From Wallemia ichthyophaga EXF-994 (lineage: Eukaryota > Fungi > Basidiomycota): a stretch of DNA of 32,000 bases. Under the pieces are notes generated by a model. That model saw only the letters and a list, made by a program, of their open reading frames with translations. It did not search any database and was not told where the DNA came from. The position numbers were made by a program, and so were the translations under genes. Where the stretch lies: positions 352,592-384,591 of the forward strand of contig NW_008806278.1 in assembly GCF_000400465.1 (NCBI RefSeq), read 5' to 3'. Positions 31,176 through 32,000 of the stretch are shown one piece after another (position 1 is the stretch's first letter; every line of letters starts with the position of its first letter).

Positions 31176-31472
31176 TGGTTTGAGCGCAAATTCCCCCCCA
31201 ATACAGCTAAAGCCCGCGAATTAATCTCCCGCCACTCTTAAATATTCAATAAAAGCTTATTCTCCACATGACTAACAACTCTAATTTAATAAACCTTATT
31301 CTTGTCTCTCCCTGCCGTGCATATCGCTTGCAAATTTTTCACGCCGCTTTTGGAAGGTGTACAAAACGCAAATAGAAGGTATTGAATGCATCAGAGGATG
31401 TGAAACGAGGTTATTTCAGTCGATCATTTCTTTTTCCGCTCTCTTTCCAAACACCCTCAAACGCACCCTCAA

Positions 31473-32000
31473 ATGAAAATATTCCCAACTTTGGTCGGCA
31501 TGCATGTCATCATAGGTGCTGTCGCCGGGGCATACCTTAACCATAAGGCTGCAACACCAACGTAAATCCATAGCCTTTTGCACAATTCGCTTACAACAAG
31601 TCACAGTGCACTCCCTCTCTCTGCTCACAGGGGACGTGCGAGCGTCGATCAGAGCTGCGATGCACACAAAGCGGAGCTCACGCAAGCAATGGATGAGGCA
31701 GAAGTGTTGCTATCGATTACAAAGTAGTAAGTAGAACAGAACGCAACTAGACGTATGTTTCAAATCTTAACTCGCATAGTCATCTAAGCGACGCCAATCT
31801 GCTGAAGCAATATTTCGGAAATTATGGCAATGCCACGCCGAATCCAGTGGAGACCATAAAGGTGGGTGGAAGGAGATACATACTACACTCATATACTAAA
31901 ATTATCTCCCATCCAGCAAATGAGCCTTTATGATGCAAGTTACGCGAGCAGCGGCCAACCGCGCGAGAGCTGCAGTGATCCGCGTAAGACACATCTTTAT
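31473..32000 (+). CDS. Secreted protein, probable M35/deuterolysin-Asp f2-like zincin N-terminus (3' truncated); exons 31473-31561, 31631-31726, 31780-31861, 31917->32000
   Basis: Three introns (GTAAAT, GTAAGT, GTGGGT donors; CAG/TAG acceptors) give an open frame to the window end: MKIFPTLVGMHVIIGAVAGAYL (signal peptide)...VDQSCDAHKAELTQAMDEAEVLLSITKYHLSDANLLKQYFG, resembling the SC....L..A..EA..LA.......Y..YFG pattern of that fold. The zinc motif would lie beyond the window. Confidence 0.6.

Noticed and set aside
31045-31210. SRP RNA on the - strand (GCTGTATTGG resembling the fungal Alu GCUGUAAUGG, CCAGG..GCAG resembling helix 8, T5 terminator at 31045-31049)
   Set aside because: Only ~165 nt, the UGUNR purine is mismatched, there is no GNRA loop on the putative helix 8, and the G-U pairs favour the + strand. 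Left to an Rfam search.
1-32000. tRNA, rRNA, CRISPR arrays, transposase/retroelement ORFs, mating-type genes
   Set aside because: None recognised by eye; nearly all long ORFs are explained by spliced housekeeping genes. tRNAscan-SE/Infernal were not run.

Overview
Gene-dense eukaryotic (fungal) DNA with very short GT-AG introns (mostly 44-62 nt) and intergenic gaps often under 100 bp. Basidiomycete-type proteins plus this compactness suggest Wallemia or a similar lineage (inference, not verified). I reconstructed spliced models by hand. In order: SEC62 3' end, HAP2/NF-YA, an intact 15-intron MSH5, a SET/MYND-like methyltransferase, a decayed F-box/LRR-like relic next to an intact F-box gene, a small acidic orphan, an aldo-keto reductase, AIP1, a head-to-head kinetochore pair (Spc34-like with a long extra C-terminus, and Sos7/Kre28-like; ATGs 34 bp apart), UTP20, a 4-RRM Nrd1/Mrn1-type protein, PEF1, SFC1, a small mitochondrial-targeted orphan, RRP40, a highly divergent HSF-type poly-Q transcription factor whose DNA-binding domain the ORF track misses, and the 5' part of a secreted M35/Asp f2-like protein the track also misses. 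No tRNA, rRNA, CRISPR array or recognisable transposon was seen. Best leads: the divergent HSF-like domain, a ~120-nt strongly pairing element carrying four AGGGG motifs upstream of it, the kinetochore gene pair, a 198-nt GC-AG intron in PEF1 with an AG-free zone, and AT-rich islands centred on two divergent promoters. No clearly new multi-gene system can be claimed from sequence alone.
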